From assembly GCA_000934665.2 (NCBI GenBank), contig KZ538486.1:1-64000 (forward strand): DNA of 64,000 nucleotides, given 5' to 3'. Origin of the DNA: Catajapyx aquilonaris. Its lineage: Eukaryota. Below, one piece after another: positions 60,601 to 64,000 of the stretch; the stretch's first letter is position 1, and each line of letters opens with the position of its first letter. The notes below the pieces were generated by a model, which was not told where the DNA came from, did not search any database, and worked only from the letters and a program-made list of their open reading frames with translations. The translations under genes and the position numbers were made by a program.

Positions 60601-63600
60601 CAATTTCGTTCGCACACAATTTGGCTGGGAGAAAAAAAAATCGTGAAACTGCTTTCGTATCGACTTTCAAATAAACAAGCGGCAATCAACATGCAGCCTC
60701 ATGCCATCACCTGCAATTAGGTAAGTCAACAAAATTCCGCTTCCATCTCCTGATTGGAACAAGGGCTGCCTACTGATTCAATCAAAAGGTCAATCATGCC
60801 CAAGCTGACTTCCCATAGCCAAAAATTACACCGGAAAACCTGCAGTAAATTCTCTACAGATGCCAATTTGTTTCCAAAATATTATTTGCGCACGAGCTCC
60901 TCTTTTCATTTCCAGACGAAATATTCCCACAACCATAAATCACATTTCCCCTCCACATCCGCCTTCTTAGGTGATCCCGGAGGGCTGCTGAATGCGTTCT
61001 GAAAAATTCATTGACGATCACTTCCTTTCCTGTCGCCCTCAAGCCCGCATGCAATTCTTGAGAACCTAATACAATTTGCATATTTATGCTTCAAAACAAT
61101 ACCGATCCAAGCTTTGTCGCACAATGACACAATTTCCACTAAAATTCTGACCTCATTTGACCCATCGCAACTGAAACCATTGTACCTTTGAACTATAGGC
61201 ATAACTAATGCTCATTCTCGGAATGCCATTCGTGTTCCTGGAAAGCACGAACGCTGTAAAATGTGTGGGCGGTACAAGAAGTGGCCATCAGGCGCAAACC
61301 TCTCTCATTGATTTTCATGGCGCTGGCCAACAGTTCAACCTGTGTTATGTAACACCAACCTGCAAAAAAATACGACAAGCAAAAACTGGTGGTATGCATA
61401 GTAGCTGGCTCCATTTGGACCCATTCCCAGTAACTGAGACGCTAGACTGTTTTTCTGAAACCGTACAACTGTCGGTCCATTCCCTTTTGTATACATTCCA
61501 TCCGACGCATATCTCTTCAGAAGCCAGTGGTTCTGGCTGGTAGCACGCATCTTGGGTTGGATCGTTGCAATATATTTTTTGCCCATCTGAGGCCATCCAC
61601 AGGGTGTTTCATTCTGCCACTACGACACACCCTGCACAGTTTTTGTCCATACTACGTCAATCGGTCAATGAGAAGAATGTTGTCTGAGCTAAAATTAATC
61701 CTCTTCTGATCAACATTTACCGTCGCGAAACTGAACAGATGGGAGAACCAAATGGGCCCATATGCCCCAGTTAATTTTAGCCCCCTCTCCCGTTTAGAAA
61801 AACCACGATCAAAATAGAGCCTCAATATTTTTTTTACACATCCAAAAACATTACACATTTTAGTAAATCCAGGCCATCCAACCCTTGACGTCAGCAAATA
61901 CACACCAGAAACGCAGCTTCCATTTCACCTAATGCTATCAACGACCCCAAAACAAATCAGCCCAAGTCATCAGCAGTCAGTCAGACATCATTTGCATACT
62001 CCCAGGCAGTTCCATCTCTGCAATGCTACCGGAACCACCATTATCTCCCCCCAGTTGCTTTTACCAGCAATTAAATCAGCCTCGGAATGAAAATCCTTTC
62101 GTGTGTGCATTGCCTTTGGCACAGTCCTGCCGTAAAGCCATGGTAACGCCCGTCCTCCCTGGTCACACATCCCCAGCCAACGACAATAAGGTGTGCAAGA
62201 CTGATCATTTCCATCAGCAGAATTGGACCCGGTTTATACCCCTCAGGATCCGACGCTTATAGTGATGCGAAGGACGCCGTAGACGCACTGCGACTAACCT
62301 TGGCGCCACCCAGGCGCCACCTCCCCCATGCTTTTTTATCAGCACCAATCCATGGCATCTACTCCACTTTGCCAGAGGTTTAACCATGCAGCAGCCCTTC
62401 CTGAATGACGAGGGATTGGGAAGTACAAGCTGACCCAAAACGTCCCAGCATATAGCCCTAGCGCACGCAAATATTTGCAACGTGCTTTGACTACCTGCCG
62501 AACATCAATCGGACTTTTTATTGGGTTACGCGGTACAGACGGGGTTAAATTTACACCCGGAAGCGGAAAGAGCGCGTAAATATGGCCAGATTTTTAAAAA
62601 TAAACATTCGGCCTAAAATTTGCAATATCTGATCTTCCCTATGCAGAAAACATCTCACCTGTTGCCCCACCTTTTTTTAAAAAAAAACACGAATTGGTTG
62701 AACCCTCGGGGTCACTATCAACCTTACTTTATTCCTCCCCACGCTAGTCATCACCAGTTGTTCCAAATCGATTCCTACCCAATATGGCCTCAAGTGTTGC
62801 TCGATTCTTTCTCGCCACCTCTTATTCTTGTGCAATGACGTCACTGTTTCTCTTCGCCTCATGCGTATACAGGATCGATCTATGCTCGTGTATACGTCAC
62901 CCTCACTGAACAAGACTAATTTGGCTTTTTGGTTAACCCCATGGGCCCGGACATCCCCTGCCCCTACATAACACTGCCATTACCCTGCCTTTTTTCTCCC
63001 CTGAGGCTATATATTTGGTTGAAGCCAACAATGGTAGACCAGGCCAAAAACCAATGCAAGACACACAATTTCCTGATTTTTTATATTTTTAAAACATTTT
63101 GATTTGGATACCCTATCATTGAGTGGCGATGGACGGTTACACATTTACATAATTCCTTGATTTTTTAAAAGTGGGAATTTATGTACCGACTTGGAGACGG
63201 TACCGTCTACGAAAAATCAGTGTTTCACCTGCCTCCACTTCAAATTCTACTCCAATTCCGCCCCTAAAAAGTTAAGAACCGCCCTCCTTTGCATTTTTCA
63301 CTAGTTTCCTCTTAAATAGTACAAAGCTCCACTATACAAAGCTGAGCCTCCCTTGTTTACCCGACGGTTGGGTGTGGTTCCCACAAAATTCTTGCAAGTC
63401 AATTTGCAGTCGTCACGCGCTTCATTACATTACCCTAATGTCAGCGACTCTACCAGCTAATGAGGAAGTAGGTGGTGCACTCGAGGAACTTTGGAAGGAA
63501 GCGGAACCCCCCATTTTGGTTCTTCATCACCCTCATGCTCTCAAAATACACGTCAATGAGTTTACGTTTCCAGGTAGTGTGTCCCTGTCAGTCGGATTGC

Positions 63601-63830
63601 CTGCACTATTTATGCATATTGATCGCTCAATCCATAGATATGCAGTGGCTCAGACGCGATACAACCTGAAACTTTGCTCGATATTAGACATCAAATCCAA
63701 GTCCCATTAGACGCTTCTATCGGCGAAGTTGGGAGGATCAGAGAAACACCATGGGTCCTTGTTGCCCTGGCAACTGTATACAATTGACGTCAGCGGTTCC
63801 TTTCCCATGTCGTATCCTTATTTTTTTGTA

Positions 63831-64000
63831 CAGTGTTGGACATTAGCCGCGTCATACTGCTTGCGACATTTATGACGTGCAGAAGTGCAAATCGAAGTGA
63901 TAGAGTGTGAGACGTGCGACTAAGTGCGAGTGACGTCCCCAGCCAGTGACGTCACCCATGGGCTACCATTTCTTACTCGCACGGCTCGCACTCTACCACT
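63831..64000. mobile_element. Second copy of the 53600 foldback MITE (central deletion; runs off the window edge)
   Basis: Starts TA-CAGTGTTGGACAT and aligns by eye with 53600-53695 and 53750-53815 (gtccccagccagtgacgtcaccca..ggctaccatttcttactcgcacggctcgcactcta). Confidence 0.85.

Noticed and set aside
61400..61430. Minus-strand MGPNGA resembling Flo2 exon 1 (GPNEA)
   Set aside because: Flanking residues do not match MGNxHT or LxVSG, and there is no suitably placed donor.
61652..61903. ORF with LYFDRGF, reminiscent of a piggyBac transposase catalytic motif
   Set aside because: Surrounding sequence shows no further recognisable transposase blocks; cannot be supported by eye.

Overview
Eukaryotic genomic DNA with spliceosomal introns, most likely from an arthropod. 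The window holds two large genes arranged tail-to-tail. Clathrin heavy chain (Chc, + strand) has 18 coding exons from 740 to 9792; its short first exon lies upstream of the window. Flotillin-2 (Flo2, - strand) has coding exons from 36604 down to about 14388; its first exon was not found and probably lies beyond 64000. Five intact GMC (glucose-methanol-choline) FAD oxidoreductase genes are nested antisense inside Flo2 introns, matching the known insect Flo2-intronic GMC cluster. The notable twist is that the cluster occupies two different Flo2 introns. The three genes in the downstream intron share derived sequence signatures in the substrate-binding region, while the two genes in the upstream intron look conserved. 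Other observations: a probable GC-AG intron and candidate alternative C-terminal exons in Flo2, a 35-bp palindromic minisatellite between the two convergent poly(A) signals, and several MITE-like inverted-repeat elements. All calls were made by eye and from recalled protein sequences; no searches were run.
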